From an uncultured Bacilli bacterium (GTDB lineage Bacteria; Bacillota_I; Bacilli_A; RF39; UBA660), in contig CALVPC010000001.1 of NCBI GenBank assembly GCA_944350405.1, positions 1 to 26,790 on the forward strand: a stretch of 26,790 nucleotides of DNA, written 5' to 3'. The notes under the pieces were generated by a model. It worked only from the letters and a program-made list of their open reading frames with translations, did no database searches and was not told the origin of the DNA. A program made the translations under genes and the position numbers. Shown in pieces: positions 10,071-21,512 of this stretch; within the stretch, counting starts at the first letter, position 1, and the number at the start of each line of letters is the position of its first letter.

Positions 10071-10988
10071 ATGAAAACCTGTGAACTTATTTGCAATCTA
10101 GAAAGCGGTAAAGGTATTAAAAGAAAAGATTTAGAAGAAATAATTAGCAAATTAGAAAGTCATAACTACAAAACAAACCTATATTTAACTGAAAAAAATG
10201 GTGATGCCAAAAATTATGTAAAAAAAATAAAACAAGCTGATTTAGTACTATCCATCGGGGGAGATGGAACATTTAATGAAATAGTAAGTGGTAACTATCA
10301 AAGAAAAGATAAATTAATCTTATCTCATATTCCTGTTGGAACAACTAACGATATAGGACATATGTTAGGATTAAATAAAAACATTACTAAAAGTGTAGAT
10401 AAAATTTTAGAAGGAGAAATAAAACAAGTAGATTTAGGACTTATCAATAATCAACCTTTTGTCTATGTCGCAGGATTTGGTAAATTCATAAATGTTCCAT
10501 ATCAAACATCAAGAAAATTAAAAAAGAAATTAGGTCACCTAGCTTATTTAATAAATGGTGCTAAAGAATTTTTTCAAACTACAAAATTATATGAATTAGA
10601 ATACACAATTGATAATAAAACATATACAGGATTTTATTCACTTATATTAATATCAAATGCTAATAGAATTGCAGGATTTAATAACATATATAGGGATATA
10701 AAATTAGATGATAATAAATTTGAAGTAATGTTTTGTAACATAACTAGAAGAAAAGACTTAGTAAAAACCCTATTACTAATAATGAATAAAGGTATTACAA
10801 ATGTCCCAGGAATATATTGTCATAGTTGTGATAAACTTGAAATACACTTTAAAGAATCAATAAAAAATAATTGGACAATAGATGGAGAAAAATTAAAAGA
10901 TGAAAGAAAAAGTTACACTTTTACAATAAATAAAGACTTAAAAATGCTTTTACCTAAAAAGAATATTGAAAAATTATTTATAAAATAA
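10071..10988 (+). CDS. Diacylglycerol/lipid kinase family protein (YegS/DgkB/BmrU-like)
   Basis: NxxSG, GGDGT, PVGTTND, VAGFG, IDGE motifs. Start placed at ATG 10071 after GGTGA. Confidence 0.92.
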   Translation: MKTCELICNLESGKGIKRKDLEEIISKLESHNYKTNLYLTEKNGDAKNYVKKIKQADLVLSIGGDGTFNEIVSGNYQRKDKLILSHIPVGTTNDIGHMLGLNKNITKSVDKILEGEIKQVDLGLINNQPFVYVAGFGKFINVPYQTSRKLKKKLGHLAYLINGAKEFFQTTKLYELEYTIDNKTYTGFYSLILISNANRIAGFNNIYRDIKLDDNKFEVMFCNITRRKDLVKTLLLIMNKGITNVPGIYCHSCDKLEIHFKESIKNNWTIDGEKLKDERKSYTFTINKDLKMLLPKKNIEKLFIK

Positions 10989-11012
10989 AAGTAGGAAATT
11001 TCCTACTTTTTT
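10987..11012. terminator. Bidirectional terminator between the lipid kinase gene and whiA
   Basis: Perfect 24-bp palindrome AAAAGTAGGAAA/TTTCCTACTTTT (10987-11010) between convergent stop codons. Confidence 0.85.
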
Positions 11013-11937
11013 AATCTCTTAATTTATCAGCAAGTTCATGAATTTTTCTAAATCTATGATTAAGTCCAGATTTACTAATATCTTGATCTGTTTCTTTAGA
11101 AATTATATAACTAAGTTCAGAAAGAGATACTTCTGGATATTTTTTTCTATAAATGATAACATCTTTAATCTTTTCAGAAACTGCATCTAATCCTATTTTT
11201 TCCTCAATCAAATTAATATCTTCAATCTGCTTTTCACTAGCACTAATTATCTTATCAACATTAGCCTGTTCACAATTATTAAGTCTATTAGTCATATTCT
11301 TATGATCTCTATAAATTCTAATATCTTCATAATATAAAATAGCATTATTAGCACTAACAATTCTTAAAAAATCTCCTATTTTTTCAGCCTCTTTAACATA
11401 AGTCATATAACCTTTATCTCTTACAATAACCTTAGCACTTATATCAAATTCCTTAAGAATATCTACTATTAAATAAGCTTCAAGTTTATTATCTATTAAA
11501 AACTCCAAATGATATCTAGATTTCTTAGGATCATTAACACTACCTTTAGCAAGAAAAAGTCCTCTAAGATAAGCTCTCTTTAAATCTTCACCATCTAAAA
11601 AATAACTTTTAGGAACAGATAAATATTTTCCATCTTCATCAAATACCATCAAATCTTTAAGAATTAAATCAATTTTTTCATGAATAATAATATTATAATA
11701 ACTCTTTTTATTAAAATTATTACTTTTACCTTGAACAATAACTGGATTAATATCATATAAGTCTTTAAAAATAGTAAATATTTTTCTAACAACTTTAGGA
11801 TTTTCAGATAAAATTATAATATTCTCATTATTATACGAGGCATTATTTCTTACAAAAGCAGAAAGCATGCAAATATTTTCTAATTTAGAGAAATCATTAG
11901 AACATATTTCATTTTTAATTTCTGTAGTAAAAGACAT
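11011..11937 (-). CDS. whiA: DNA-binding protein WhiA (YvcL)
   Basis: MSFTTEIKNE, AYLRGLFLAKGSVNDP..YHLEF, NRLNNCEQANVDK, SKSGLNHRFRKI. Confidence 0.96.
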   Translation of the reverse strand: MSFTTEIKNEICSNDFSKLENICMLSAFVRNNASYNNENIIILSENPKVVRKIFTIFKDLYDINPVIVQGKSNNFNKKSYYNIIIHEKIDLILKDLMVFDEDGKYLSVPKSYFLDGEDLKRAYLRGLFLAKGSVNDPKKSRYHLEFLIDNKLEAYLIVDILKEFDISAKVIVRDKGYMTYVKEAEKIGDFLRIVSANNAILYYEDIRIYRDHKNMTNRLNNCEQANVDKIISASEKQIEDINLIEEKIGLDAVSEKIKDVIIYRKKYPEVSLSELSYIISKETDQDISKSGLNHRFRKIHELADKLRD

Positions 11938-11941
11938 AAAA

Positions 11942-12889
11942 TCACCTCATTAAATAATTAAAAATTGCTGTTGCAAGCTTAATACTATCATGTCTGATAT
12001 AATTACCTTCAATAATAAGTAAATCTCCTTCAATTAACTCACAACCAAGTTTTAAAATATTATCCTTATCAATCTTTACTAATTGTTTATTTTCATCTGC
12101 AATATATTTATCAACTATATTCATAGGAAGCAAACTATTTGCCGCAATAACAGCATCAATTTTTCTATTTCCTAAATATTTATTTATTTCACTAACATGC
12201 TCACTTACAGTATAATTATCAGTTTCACAAGATTGTCCAACAGCATTACATGTATATAAAATTCTAGCTGAAGAACTATCTAAAGCCTTTAAAATATCTT
12301 TAGCTAATAAATGAGGAATAATACTAGTATACAAACTACCAATACTAAAAATAATCAAATCAGCATTCTTAATTTCAGATATAACCTCAGAATCTACATG
12401 AACATAATCATCATAGAAAAACCTTTTAAATTTTCTCTTCTCATGACCAATATTACTTTCACCTCTAATTATATCACCATCAATAGTCTCACCCATTAAA
12501 GTAAGATAATCTTCACTTAAAGGCAAAAGTTTATGAGACACATTAAGAAAATCACTAAGAGTTTTTATACTTTCCTTAAGATTTCCAGTCATATTATACA
12601 TTGCAACCATTATTAAATTACCAACAGGATGTCCATCTAAATCAGTATAAGTATCGAATCTATATTCTAAAAGATCTTTTATTTTTTCATCTGCATCACT
12701 AAGACTAACTATAGCTTTTCTAATATCCCCCATTGCAGGCATAAAAAATTCTTCACGAAGTTTACCAGTACTAGATCCATTATCAGAAACAGCAATAATA
12801 GCAGTTATATCAACAGGAAACTTCTTAAGACCTCTAAGTAAAAAACTTATACCAGTACATCCACCAAAAACAACAACTTTTTTATTCAT
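11942..12889 (-). CDS. yvcK: YvcK/GlmR family uridine-diphosphate-sugar-binding protein
   Basis: GGxTG loop, VSDNGSSTGKLR, HPVGNL, GSLYTSIIPHL, IRHDS. Directly upstream of whiA. Start placed at ATG 12889. Confidence 0.95.
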   Translation of the reverse strand: MNKKVVVFGGCTGISFLLRGLKKFPVDITAIIAVSDNGSSTGKLREEFFMPAMGDIRKAIVSLSDADEKIKDLLEYRFDTYTDLDGHPVGNLIMVAMYNMTGNLKESIKTLSDFLNVSHKLLPLSEDYLTLMGETIDGDIIRGESNIGHEKRKFKRFFYDDYVHVDSEVISEIKNADLIIFSIGSLYTSIIPHLLAKDILKALDSSSARILYTCNAVGQSCETDNYTVSEHVSEINKYLGNRKIDAVIAANSLLPMNIVDKYIADENKQLVKIDKDNILKLGCELIEGDLLIIEGNYIRHDSIKLATAIFNYLMR

Positions 12890-12945
12890 ATAACCACCTA
12901 TTACAATTATACTAAAAAAAATAAAAAACACCAAAAAAATTAAAA

Positions 12946-13830
12946 TTACTTATCTAAATAGGATAAAATACCCTTCAATAAAAATTGATTGTCTACTTTA
13001 TTTATAGCAAAACATTTAACTCCTAAATCTTTAAATGATGAACCACAGTGATATAGAATACTTTTATCTAGAATTATGAATCTATCATGAAAACCATTAT
13101 GTATAAAGGTACTTATATTAGAGTACTGACTATTATATTTTTTTATTAATTCTAAATCAAAGTTTTTACTATATATTTTAATACCAACTCCTATACCTCG
13201 TAATAAATCAAATAACTTCTTTCCAGCATAGTTATCGATTATTATTATTTCTTCTTTAGCACTACCTAAAATATCTATCATAAGAGAATATGCATCATAT
13301 ATTTGGCCTTCAAAGAAGATATGATTTATCTTTTCTTTTTCTTTAATTTCTAACTTTTCAAATGATTCTTGTAACAAATTTATTGATTCTTCATGTTTTA
13401 AAACCATATTATTAATATATTTTTGTTCTATTAGATTAGATGATATATATTTACGCATTGCTACAAAAGCATCCATTATTTTTATACTTACTTCTTCAGC
13501 AACTTCTGTTCTTAAAACTGCACTTAACATTGCAACTCCTTGTTCTGTAAAGGCATATGGTCTATCATATTTTCCTCCTCTGGTTTCTATATTATCTTTT
13601 TTGGTTTCAAGTTGAAACCAAAAATTTTTACTTTCTTCTTCAGTTAATTTGAAACAAAACCTTTCTGGGAATCTATTAATATGCCTTTTAACTGCTAAGT
13701 TAATAGATTTAGTACCATTCTTACATCCATAAAGAATAGCTAAATCACTATCAAGCATCACTTGTTTACCACGTACTTCATAAATTAAATCTTCTATTTT
13801 AATATTATCTTTTATAATTAAATCAGTCAT
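12946..13830 (-). CDS. ORF6N-domain DNA-binding protein with a C-terminal PLD-like domain
   Basis: N-terminal IYEVRGKQVMLDSDLA..RFP..F..FTEQGVAMLSAVL (ORF6N). C-terminal IIIIDNY..HDRFIILD..YHCGSSFKDLG. GGGAGG RBS before ATG 13830. Confidence 0.88.
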   Translation of the reverse strand: MTDLIIKDNIKIEDLIYEVRGKQVMLDSDLAILYGCKNGTKSINLAVKRHINRFPERFCFKLTEEESKNFWFQLETKKDNIETRGGKYDRPYAFTEQGVAMLSAVLRTEVAEEVSIKIMDAFVAMRKYISSNLIEQKYINNMVLKHEESINLLQESFEKLEIKEKEKINHIFFEGQIYDAYSLMIDILGSAKEEIIIIDNYAGKKLFDLLRGIGVGIKIYSKNFDLELIKKYNSQYSNISTFIHNGFHDRFIILDKSILYHCGSSFKDLGVKCFAINKVDNQFLLKGILSYLDK

Positions 13831-14177
13831 AATAAGTCCTCCCGTATTAAAATTAATACCACTATAAAACAATAAATATATTTTGTAAAATGACTATTTA
13901 ATAAATTTTTATACAATATAAAAATGAAACATAAAACTTCATAAAAGAAATTTATATATTTCATTTTAAATACACCATAAATTATTAAATTTTATAGTTT
14001 TATTTTCAATTTATTATTTACTATTTTTATAAATTTATAACTATTACTATGTTTCATATGACCTTTATAAGAATTATAACTTAAAATAAACTTTTTACTA
14101 TCAAGTAATCCATTATCGTATAACTTATTCCAAATCTTAACTTTTTTATATAATTTATTTTTAAATTTTTTATTTAC

Positions 14178-14203
14178 AAAAAAAGGATAGATTAAATCTA
14201 TCC
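14178..14203 (-). terminator. Rho-independent terminator of rpoBC
   Basis: GGATAGAT (14185-14192) / ATCTATCC (14196-14203) stem containing the rpoC stop codon, followed by a 7-U run on the minus strand. Confidence 0.85.
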
Positions 14204-17200
14204 CATTAACTCTTCTTCTAAAACCTCTAAAGGTTCATCAGATAAAAACTGTTTTTTAAGTTCATAAGAAACATCTCTATATTGTTTAGCACCCGTTCCA
14301 GCAGGAATAAGTTTACCAACAATAACATTTTCTTTAAGACCTTGTAATTTATCAACTTTACCCTTAATTGAAGCATCAGTAAGAACTCTTGTTGTTTCTT
14401 GGAATGATGCTGCAGATAAGAATGAGTCAGTCTCTAAAGAAGCTTTAGTAATACCAAGAAGTATTGGCTTACCAACTGCAGGTCTTTTACCCTTAAGAAT
14501 TGCATCTTTATTAATATCTGTAAAGTCTTTAATATTTACTAAACTTCCTATAAGTAATTCAGTATCTCCACCATCAAAAATTCTTATCTTAGAAATCATT
14601 CTACTTACAACAACTTCAATATGCTTATCACTAATATCAACACCTTGAGCTCTATAAGCTTTTTGAATTTCTTTTAAAATATATTCTTGAGTAGTAATTG
14701 GATCTGTTACTGCTAAAAGTTCTTTAGGACTAATGTTACCTTCAGTAAGTTTTTCACCAACTGTAACTTCATCACCTTTTTGAACTCTAAGTTTAGTACC
14801 ATAATTAGTTACATGTTCTACTTCTTCAAGTTTATTTTTTATTTTAATCTTGTATTTACCATGATCTTCAATAATATCTTTAACTTTACCATTAATTGTA
14901 GCAATAGTTGCTTGTCCTTTTGGATTACGAGCTTCAAATAACTCTTCAACACGTGGAAGACCTTGAGTAATATCTTCTCCACCTGCTACACCACCAGTAT
15001 GGAAAGTTCTCATTGTAAGTTGAGTACCAGGTTCTCCAATTGATTGTGCAGCCATAATTCCTATAGCTTCTCCTACTTCTACTAAATTACCAGTAGCAAG
15101 GTTTCTACCATAACATTTTTGACATACACCATTATGTGTATTACAAGTAAGAACACTTCTAATCTCAACTTTTTCTATACCAGCATCTATAATTTTTTCT
15201 GCTTCTTTTTCATTAATCATTTGATCTTTTTCTACGATAACTTCTTTAGTTTCTGGATTAATAATCTTTTTACTTGCGAATCTTCCCACTATACGATCGT
15301 AAAGTCCTTCGATTACAGTACCATCTTTATCATTAACAAATGCAGATACACTAACACCAAAATCAGTACCACAATCACTTTCTTTTACTATAACATCTTG
15401 AGAAACATCAACAAGTCTTCTTGTTAAATAACCTGAAGATGCTGTATTAAGTGCAGTATCAGCACTACCTTTACGAGCACTATGAGTAGATAAGAAGAAT
15501 TCAGAAACTGAAAGTCCTTCTTTAAATGATGAAATTACTGGAATTTCAATTGTTTTTCCACCTGGCTTAGCCATTAAACCACGCATACCAGAAAGTTGAA
15601 CAAACTGTGCAATTTTACCACGAGCACCACTCTTCATCATCATAAAAATTGGATTATCTATAGAATTATCAGCAATTTCTTGAAGTTCATTTTTAACTTG
15701 TTCTTTAGCTTTATCCCAAACACTAATAACACTTTCGTATCTTTCTTCTTCAGTTATTAAACCTCTAGCATATTGCTTATTAATCTTATCAACCATCTTC
15801 TTACCATTAGCAATAATTTCAGGTTTTGATTTACTAGTAGCAACATCATGAGTAGATACAGTAGTACCACTTATAGTAGAATACTTAAATCCTAAATCTT
15901 TAAGTCTATCTAGCATAATTGAAGTTTCTGTAGTCTTATAAAGCTTAAAGATTTGAGCAATTATTTGTTTTAAAGTCTTAACAGGAAATGGCTCAACAAG
16001 AGGCATTTCTTTAATTGCTTCTTTTATATTTACACCAGGTTTTACAAAATATTTAGAAGGTGTAATTTTTTCAATATTTGCTTTAGTTGGTTCATTAATA
16101 TAAGGAAATGTATCAGGTAAAATTTCATTAAATATTAACTTACCAACAGTTGTTATTAAATAATCATCTTTATGCTCTTCAGTAAATAATTTATGTTTAA
16201 ATGAATTAACCTTAACAGCAATTCTTGTATGAAGCTTTAAATTATCTCTTTCATATTCCATAATAGCTTCATTAGAATTTCTAAATACTCTACCTTCTTC
16301 AGGATCTTCTTTTTCCATTGTAAGATAATAATTTCCAAGAACCATATCTTGAGCTGGAGTAACAACAGGTTCACCACTTTTTGGATGAAGAATGTTATTA
16401 GCACCAAGCATTAAAAGTCTAGCTTCAGCTTGAGCTTCTTCACTAATTGGTACATGAACAGCCATTTGATCCCCATCAAAATCTGCATTAAACGCAGGAC
16501 ATACAAGAGGATGAAGACGAATAGCTTTACCACCAATAAGTTTAGGTTCAAAAGCTTGAATTCCAAGTCTATGAAGAGTTGGAGCACGATTTAAAAGCAC
16601 TGGATGTTCCTTAATAACTTCTTCAACAATATCCCATACTCTTTCATCTTGATTTTCAATTAATTTTTTAGCAGCTTTAATATTATGAGCAATACCCTTT
16701 TCCACTAAACCATGAATAACATGAGGCTTAAATAGTTCAAGTGCCATTCCCTTTGGAAGACCACATTGATACATTTTTAAATTTGGTCCAACAATGATAA
16801 CTGAACGTCCAGAATAGTCAACACGTTTACCAAGCAAATTTTGACGGAAACGTCCTTGTTTACCTTTTAACATACTAGAAAGTGACTTAAGAGCACGATT
16901 TCCAGCACCAGTAACACTTTTACCACGACGACCATTGTCAAATAGAGCGTCAACTGCTTCTTGTAACATTCTCTTTTCATTCTGAATGATTATTGAAGGA
17001 GCACCTAAATCAATAAGTTTCTTCAAACGATTATTACGATTAATAACACGGCGATATAGATCATTAAGATCACTTGTTGCAAATCTTCCTCCATCAAGTT
17101 GAATCATAGGTCTAAGTTCTGGCGGAATAACAGGAATTGCATCAAGAATCATCCATTCTGGTTTATTACCAGATTTATAGAATGCATCAAGAATATCAAG

Positions 17201-17827
17201 TCTCTTCAAAAGAGTAGTTCTTTTTTGTCCTTGAGCATTTTCTAATTTTTTACGAATATCTGCAATTTCTTTTTCCAAATCAACTTGTTTAAGAAGTTCT
17301 TTAACTGCCTCTGCCCCCATTCCTACTCTGAAGCCATCACCATATTTTTCATAATATGCACGGTACTCCTTTTCAGATAAAGTTTGTTTATTTTCAAGTG
17401 GTGCAATACCCTTATCAATAACAACGTAAGAAACAAAGTAAAGTACTTCTTCAAGATCACGTTGACTCATATCAAGTACAGTTCCCATACGAGATGGAAT
17501 ACCTTTAAAATACCAAATATGAGAAACAGGAGCAGCAAGTTCTATATGACCCATTCTCTCTCTTCTTACTTTAGAACGAGTAACTTCAACTCCACATCTA
17601 TCACAAACTATATTCTTATACTTAACTCTTTTATATTTACCACATGCACATTCAAAATCTTTAGTAGGTCCAAATATTTTTTCACAGAAAAGTCCATCTC
17701 TTTCAGGTCTTAATGTACGATAATTAATAGTTTCAGGTTTTTTAACTTCTCCATATGACCATTCACGAATCTTATCAGAAGAGGCAATACCAATCTTTAA
17801 AGCTTCAACTTTATTAACTTCTATCAT
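14198..17827 (-). CDS. rpoC: RNA polymerase beta' subunit
   Basis: Zn finger CACGKYK..CDRC, catalytic [31 protein letters not shown]. Confidence 0.99.
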   Translation of the reverse strand: MIEVNKVEALKIGIASSDKIREWSYGEVKKPETINYRTLRPERDGLFCEKIFGPTKDFECACGKYKRVKYKNIVCDRCGVEVTRSKVRRERMGHIELAAPVSHIWYFKGIPSRMGTVLDMSQRDLEEVLYFVSYVVIDKGIAPLENKQTLSEKEYRAYYEKYGDGFRVGMGAEAVKELLKQVDLEKEIADIRKKLENAQGQKRTTLLKRLDILDAFYKSGNKPEWMILDAIPVIPPELRPMIQLDGGRFATSDLNDLYRRVINRNNRLKKLIDLGAPSIIIQNEKRMLQEAVDALFDNGRRGKSVTGAGNRALKSLSSMLKGKQGRFRQNLLGKRVDYSGRSVIIVGPNLKMYQCGLPKGMALELFKPHVIHGLVEKGIAHNIKAAKKLIENQDERVWDIVEEVIKEHPVLLNRAPTLHRLGIQAFEPKLIGGKAIRLHPLVCPAFNADFDGDQMAVHVPISEEAQAEARLLMLGANNILHPKSGEPVVTPAQDMVLGNYYLTMEKEDPEEGRVFRNSNEAIMEYERDNLKLHTRIAVKVNSFKHKLFTEEHKDDYLITTVGKLIFNEILPDTFPYINEPTKANIEKITPSKYFVKPGVNIKEAIKEMPLVEPFPVKTLKQIIAQIFKLYKTTETSIMLDRLKDLGFKYSTISGTTVSTHDVATSKSKPEIIANGKKMVDKINKQYARGLITEEERYESVISVWDKAKEQVKNELQEIADNSIDNPIFMMMKSGARGKIAQFVQLSGMRGLMAKPGGKTIEIPVISSFKEGLSVSEFFLSTHSARKGSADTALNTASSGYLTRRLVDVSQDVIVKESDCGTDFGVSVSAFVNDKDGTVIEGLYDRIVGRFASKKIINPETKEVIVEKDQMINEKEAEKIIDAGIEKVEIRSVLTCNTHNGVCQKCYGRNLATGNLVEVGEAIGIMAAQSIGEPGTQLTMRTFHTGGVAGGEDITQGLPRVEELFEARNPKGQATIATINGKVKDIIEDHGKYKIKIKNKLEEVEHVTNYGTKLRVQKGDEVTVGEKLTEGNISPKELLAVTDPITTQEYILKEIQKAYRAQGVDISDKHIEVVVSRMISKIRIFDGGDTELLIGSLVNIKDFTDINKDAILKGKRPAVGKPILLGITKASLETDSFLSAASFQETTRVLTDASIKGKVDKLQGLKENVIVGKLIPAGTGAKQYRDVSYELKKQFLSDEPLEVLEEELMG

Positions 17828-20800
17828 TAGTATTCCACCTCTCTTTCTTTAACTTCTTCCGGTATATCGTCTACCTCTAAATCTGCAAATTCATCTGAAT
17901 CTTCTTGAGAATCTTCATCATTTACAGTTTCTTCTAATTTCTTAATTTCTATATCATCGATATTAAAAGTAGTATTATCATCTGTTTCTTCTTTTTCGAT
18001 TTCTTTAAGATCTAAAACTTCATCTTTATCATTGATTATTTGAATATCAAGTCCCAGTGCTTGGAATTCTTTAATAAGTACCCTAAATGATTCTGGAACA
18101 CCAGCTTGATCTATCTTTTGTCCTTTAACTAAAGCTTCATAAACCTTAACACGTCCAACAACATCATCAGATTTAACTGTAAGTATTTCTTGAAGTGTAT
18201 GTGCTGCACCATAAGCATAAAGTGCCCAAACTTCCATTTCCCCAAATCTTTGTCCACCAAATTGAGCTTTACCTCCAAGTGGTTGTTGAGTAACTAAACT
18301 ATATGGCCCAGTAGCACGAGCGTGCATCTTATCTTCGACCATGTGATGAAGTTTTATCATATACATAATTCCAACTGAAACACGATTATCAAATGGACGA
18401 CCAGTACGTCCATCATAAAGAACAGTCTTTCCATCTTCATCCATTCCAGCTTCTTTCATCATAGCTAAAATATCTTCTTCTGTTGCACCATCAAATACTG
18501 GAGTAGCAACATGTACACCAAGTTTTTTAGCAGCCATACCAAGATGAAGTTCTAAAACTTGTCCAATATTCATACGTGATGGAACCCCAAGAGGATTAAG
18601 CATAACATCAACTGGAGTACCATCTGGTAAATATGGCATATCTTCTTCTGGAAGAATAAGAGAAATAACCCCTTTATTGCCATGACGCCCAGACATCTTA
18701 TCTCCAACTTGAATTTTTCTTTTTTGAACTATATAAACACGAATCAATTTTGAAACTCCACTTGGAAGTTCATCACTATTTTTCTTAGTAAAGACTTTAA
18801 CATCATGTACTATTCCGTCACCACCATGTGGCACTCTAAGTGATGTATCACGAACTTCACGTGTTTTCTCACCAAAAATAGCATGTAAAAGTTTTTCTTC
18901 AGAAGTAAGTTCTGCCATTCCCTTTGGAGTAACTTTTCCAACAAGAATATCTCCTTCTTTTACTTCTGTTCCTATTCTAATAATACCTTCACTATCTAAG
19001 TTACGACGAGCTTCTTCACTAACATTAGGGATATCTCTAGTTATTTCTTCAGGACCTAATTTAGTATCACGACAAGGCATTTCATAGTCTTCAATATGTA
19101 TAGTAGTATAAGCATCTTCTTTTACTAATCTTTCATTTAAAATAACAGCATCTTCATAGTTATACCCATTAAACATCATAAATGCTACTAACATATTCTT
19201 ACCAAGAGCAAGTTCTCCCATATCAGTAGATGGTCCATCAGCAAGAATAGTTTTACCACGAACAACTTTATCTCCAACTTTTACAATAGGTTTATGATGA
19301 AAACAAGTATCTTGGTTAGAAGCAGTAAAATCAGATAAATAATAAGTATCTTCTCCACCTTTATTCTTAACAACTACCCTTCTAGCATCAACATAGCTTA
19401 CTACACCATCAGCTTTCGCAACAACTGTAGAACCACTATCACGTGCTGCTATATATTCAACACCAGTACCAACATATGGAGCTTCTGTTTTAAGAAGTGG
19501 TACAGCTTGACGTTGCATGTTAGATCCCATCAAAGCACGAGTAGCATCATCATGTTCCAAAAATGGAATACAACTTGTTGTAATTGATACAACTTGTTGA
19601 GGTGAAACATCTATATAATCAACTTTATCTGGAGAAACAAGTAAGTTTTCTCCACGATAACGTGCTGCAACAGTTTCATCTATTATCTTATTATTTTCAT
19701 CAGTATTAACTGTAGATTCAGAAATAATAACATCATTTTCTTCACTAGCAGTTAAATAATTAACATCATCCATAATAACTGAATTTACAACTTTACGATA
19801 TGGTGTTTGAATAAATCCATATTCATCAATTTTAGCATAACTAGCAAGTGTTGTAATAAGACCAATATTTGGTCCTTCTGGAGATTCGATTGGACAAATT
19901 CTACCATAGTGAGATTCATTAACATCCCTTACATCCATACCAGCTCTATCACGAGAAAGTCCCCCTGGACCTAAAGCACTAAGTCTTCTTTTATGAGTAA
20001 GCTCTGCAATTGGATTATTTTGATCCATAAATTGTGAAAGTTGTGAACTACCAAAGAATTCTTTTAGAATTGCTGTAACAGGTCTAATATTAATAAGAGT
20101 TTTAGGAGTCACTTCATTAATATCTTGAGTAGTCATTCTTTCACGTATAACTCTCTCCATACGAGTAACACCAACTCTAAATTGATTCTGTAAAAGTTCT
20201 CCAACTTGACGAACTCTTCTATTTCCTAAATGATCTATCTCATCAAAGTTACCAACACCTTGAAGTAAATTTAAATAATATGAACAAGCTGCATAAAAAT
20301 CAGAAATAGTAAGTCTTTTAGAATCAATACTTTGATCATTACCAATAACAATCATTACTTCTTTTGTACCAGGTTTATAAATCTTAACAATTTGAACTTT
20401 ATTATAACTATCAAGTTCTTCATTAATTTTAACTTCTTTTACTCCATATCCATTAGCAAATATAGGTTTCAATTCTTCTAAAATAGCTTTATCAATAACT
20501 GTTCCCTTTTTACAAACAACTTCTCCATCTACTTTTATATCTTCAGCAATAGTTTGATTAAGAAGTCTATCAAGCACATTAAGTTTTAAATTAAATTTGT
20601 ATCTTCCAACTTTAGCTAAATCATATCTAAATTCATCAAAAAATCTAGTAATAATTTGATTTTTTGAACTATCAAGTGTCGCTGGTTCACCTGGTCTTAA
20701 TTTTTCATAAATTTCTATTAATGCTTCATCTGTATTTCTAGTAGAATCCTTAGCAATAGTATTTTCAATAAAATCAGTTTTTCCAAATAAACCAGTAATA

Positions 20801-21417
20801 TCTTCATCACTACTAAGTCCAAATGCTCTAAGCATAGTAGTAATAGGTACTTTTCTTGTCCTATCAATTCTTACATATAAAATATCTCTTGCATCAGCTT
20901 CAAATTCAAGCCAAGTACCACGTGTTGGAATAATTTGTGACGTAATTAAACGTCTTCCATTTTTATCAATTTCTTTATTAAAATATACACTTGGAGATCT
21001 AACAAGTTGAGAAACAATAACTCTTTCTGCACCATTAATAACAAATGTCCCACTATCAGTCATTAAAGGCATATCTCCTAAAAATATTTCTTGCTCTTTT
21101 ACTTCACCAGTTTCATTATTAAATAGCCTAACATCAACTTTTAAAGGCGCAGCAAAAGTAGCATACCTTTCTTTACACTCTTTAATGGAGTATCTTGGTT
21201 CATCAAAATGATAATCACCAAATTCTAGTGATAAAGTACCTGCAAAATTTTCTACGGGGAATAGATCATCAAATACTTCCTTAATACCCTTTTCCACAAA
21301 CCAATTATATGATTTTTTTTGAATTTCTAGTAAATCCGTTAGTTCATAACTATTTTTAATCCTAGAAAAACTCCTACGCGTGCGGTGGTCACCACAATTA
21401 ATTATTTTGTATGCCAC
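17827..21417 (-). CDS. rpoB: RNA polymerase beta subunit
   Basis: [38 protein letters not shown]. Start placed at GTG 21417 ([17 protein letters not shown]) after GGGGTGA, not at the upstream ORF-track start. Confidence 0.99.
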   Translation of the reverse strand: MAYKIINCGDHRTRRSFSRIKNSYELTDLLEIQKKSYNWFVEKGIKEVFDDLFPVENFAGTLSLEFGDYHFDEPRYSIKECKERYATFAAPLKVDVRLFNNETGEVKEQEIFLGDMPLMTDSGTFVINGAERVIVSQLVRSPSVYFNKEIDKNGRRLITSQIIPTRGTWLEFEADARDILYVRIDRTRKVPITTMLRAFGLSSDEDITGLFGKTDFIENTIAKDSTRNTDEALIEIYEKLRPGEPATLDSSKNQIITRFFDEFRYDLAKVGRYKFNLKLNVLDRLLNQTIAEDIKVDGEVVCKKGTVIDKAILEELKPIFANGYGVKEVKINEELDSYNKVQIVKIYKPGTKEVMIVIGNDQSIDSKRLTISDFYAACSYYLNLLQGVGNFDEIDHLGNRRVRQVGELLQNQFRVGVTRMERVIRERMTTQDINEVTPKTLINIRPVTAILKEFFGSSQLSQFMDQNNPIAELTHKRRLSALGPGGLSRDRAGMDVRDVNESHYGRICPIESPEGPNIGLITTLASYAKIDEYGFIQTPYRKVVNSVIMDDVNYLTASEENDVIISESTVNTDENNKIIDETVAARYRGENLLVSPDKVDYIDVSPQQVVSITTSCIPFLEHDDATRALMGSNMQRQAVPLLKTEAPYVGTGVEYIAARDSGSTVVAKADGVVSYVDARRVVVKNKGGEDTYYLSDFTASNQDTCFHHKPIVKVGDKVVRGKTILADGPSTDMGELALGKNMLVAFMMFNGYNYEDAVILNERLVKEDAYTTIHIEDYEMPCRDTKLGPEEITRDIPNVSEEARRNLDSEGIIRIGTEVKEGDILVGKVTPKGMAELTSEEKLLHAIFGEKTREVRDTSLRVPHGGDGIVHDVKVFTKKNSDELPSGVSKLIRVYIVQKRKIQVGDKMSGRHGNKGVISLILPEEDMPYLPDGTPVDVMLNPLGVPSRMNIGQVLELHLGMAAKKLGVHVATPVFDGATEEDILAMMKEAGMDEDGKTVLYDGRTGRPFDNRVSVGIMYMIKLHHMVEDKMHARATGPYSLVTQQPLGGKAQFGGQRFGEMEVWALYAYGAAHTLQEILTVKSDDVVGRVKVYEALVKGQKIDQAGVPESFRVLIKEFQALGLDIQIINDKDEVLDLKEIEKEETDDNTTFNIDDIEIKKLEETVNDEDSQEDSDEFADLEVDDIPEEVKEREVEY

Positions 21418-21482
21418 TAAATTCACCCCTACTTTCAAATTTTCAAAAATCTTTGCCGCAATTAGACAAATAACCAACTTAT

Positions 21483-21512
21483 ATTATTACCATAATTTTA
21501 ACAAGTTGTCAA
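21483..21512 (-). promoter_or_regulatory. Probable rpoB promoter
   Basis: Exact TTGACA (21512-21507), then TG-G-TAATAA at 17 bp or AATAAT at 18 bp. The -10 is imperfect. Confidence 0.55.

Noticed and set aside
13921-13967. Inverted repeat AAAATGAAA / TTTCATTTT in the rpoC-ORF6N spacer
   Set aside because: A 9-bp nearly all-AT match with a ~29-nt gap in extremely AT-rich DNA is expected by chance. No transposase or target duplication is nearby.
17830-18010. Acidic C-terminal tail of RpoB
   Set aside because: Acidic low-complexity beta tails are common in Bacillota, so this is not distinctive.
21509-21511. Possible TGA=Trp recoding (Mollicutes-like genetic code)
   Set aside because: TGA ends the RsmC-like gene at a normal length, and conserved Trp residues I checked use TGG.
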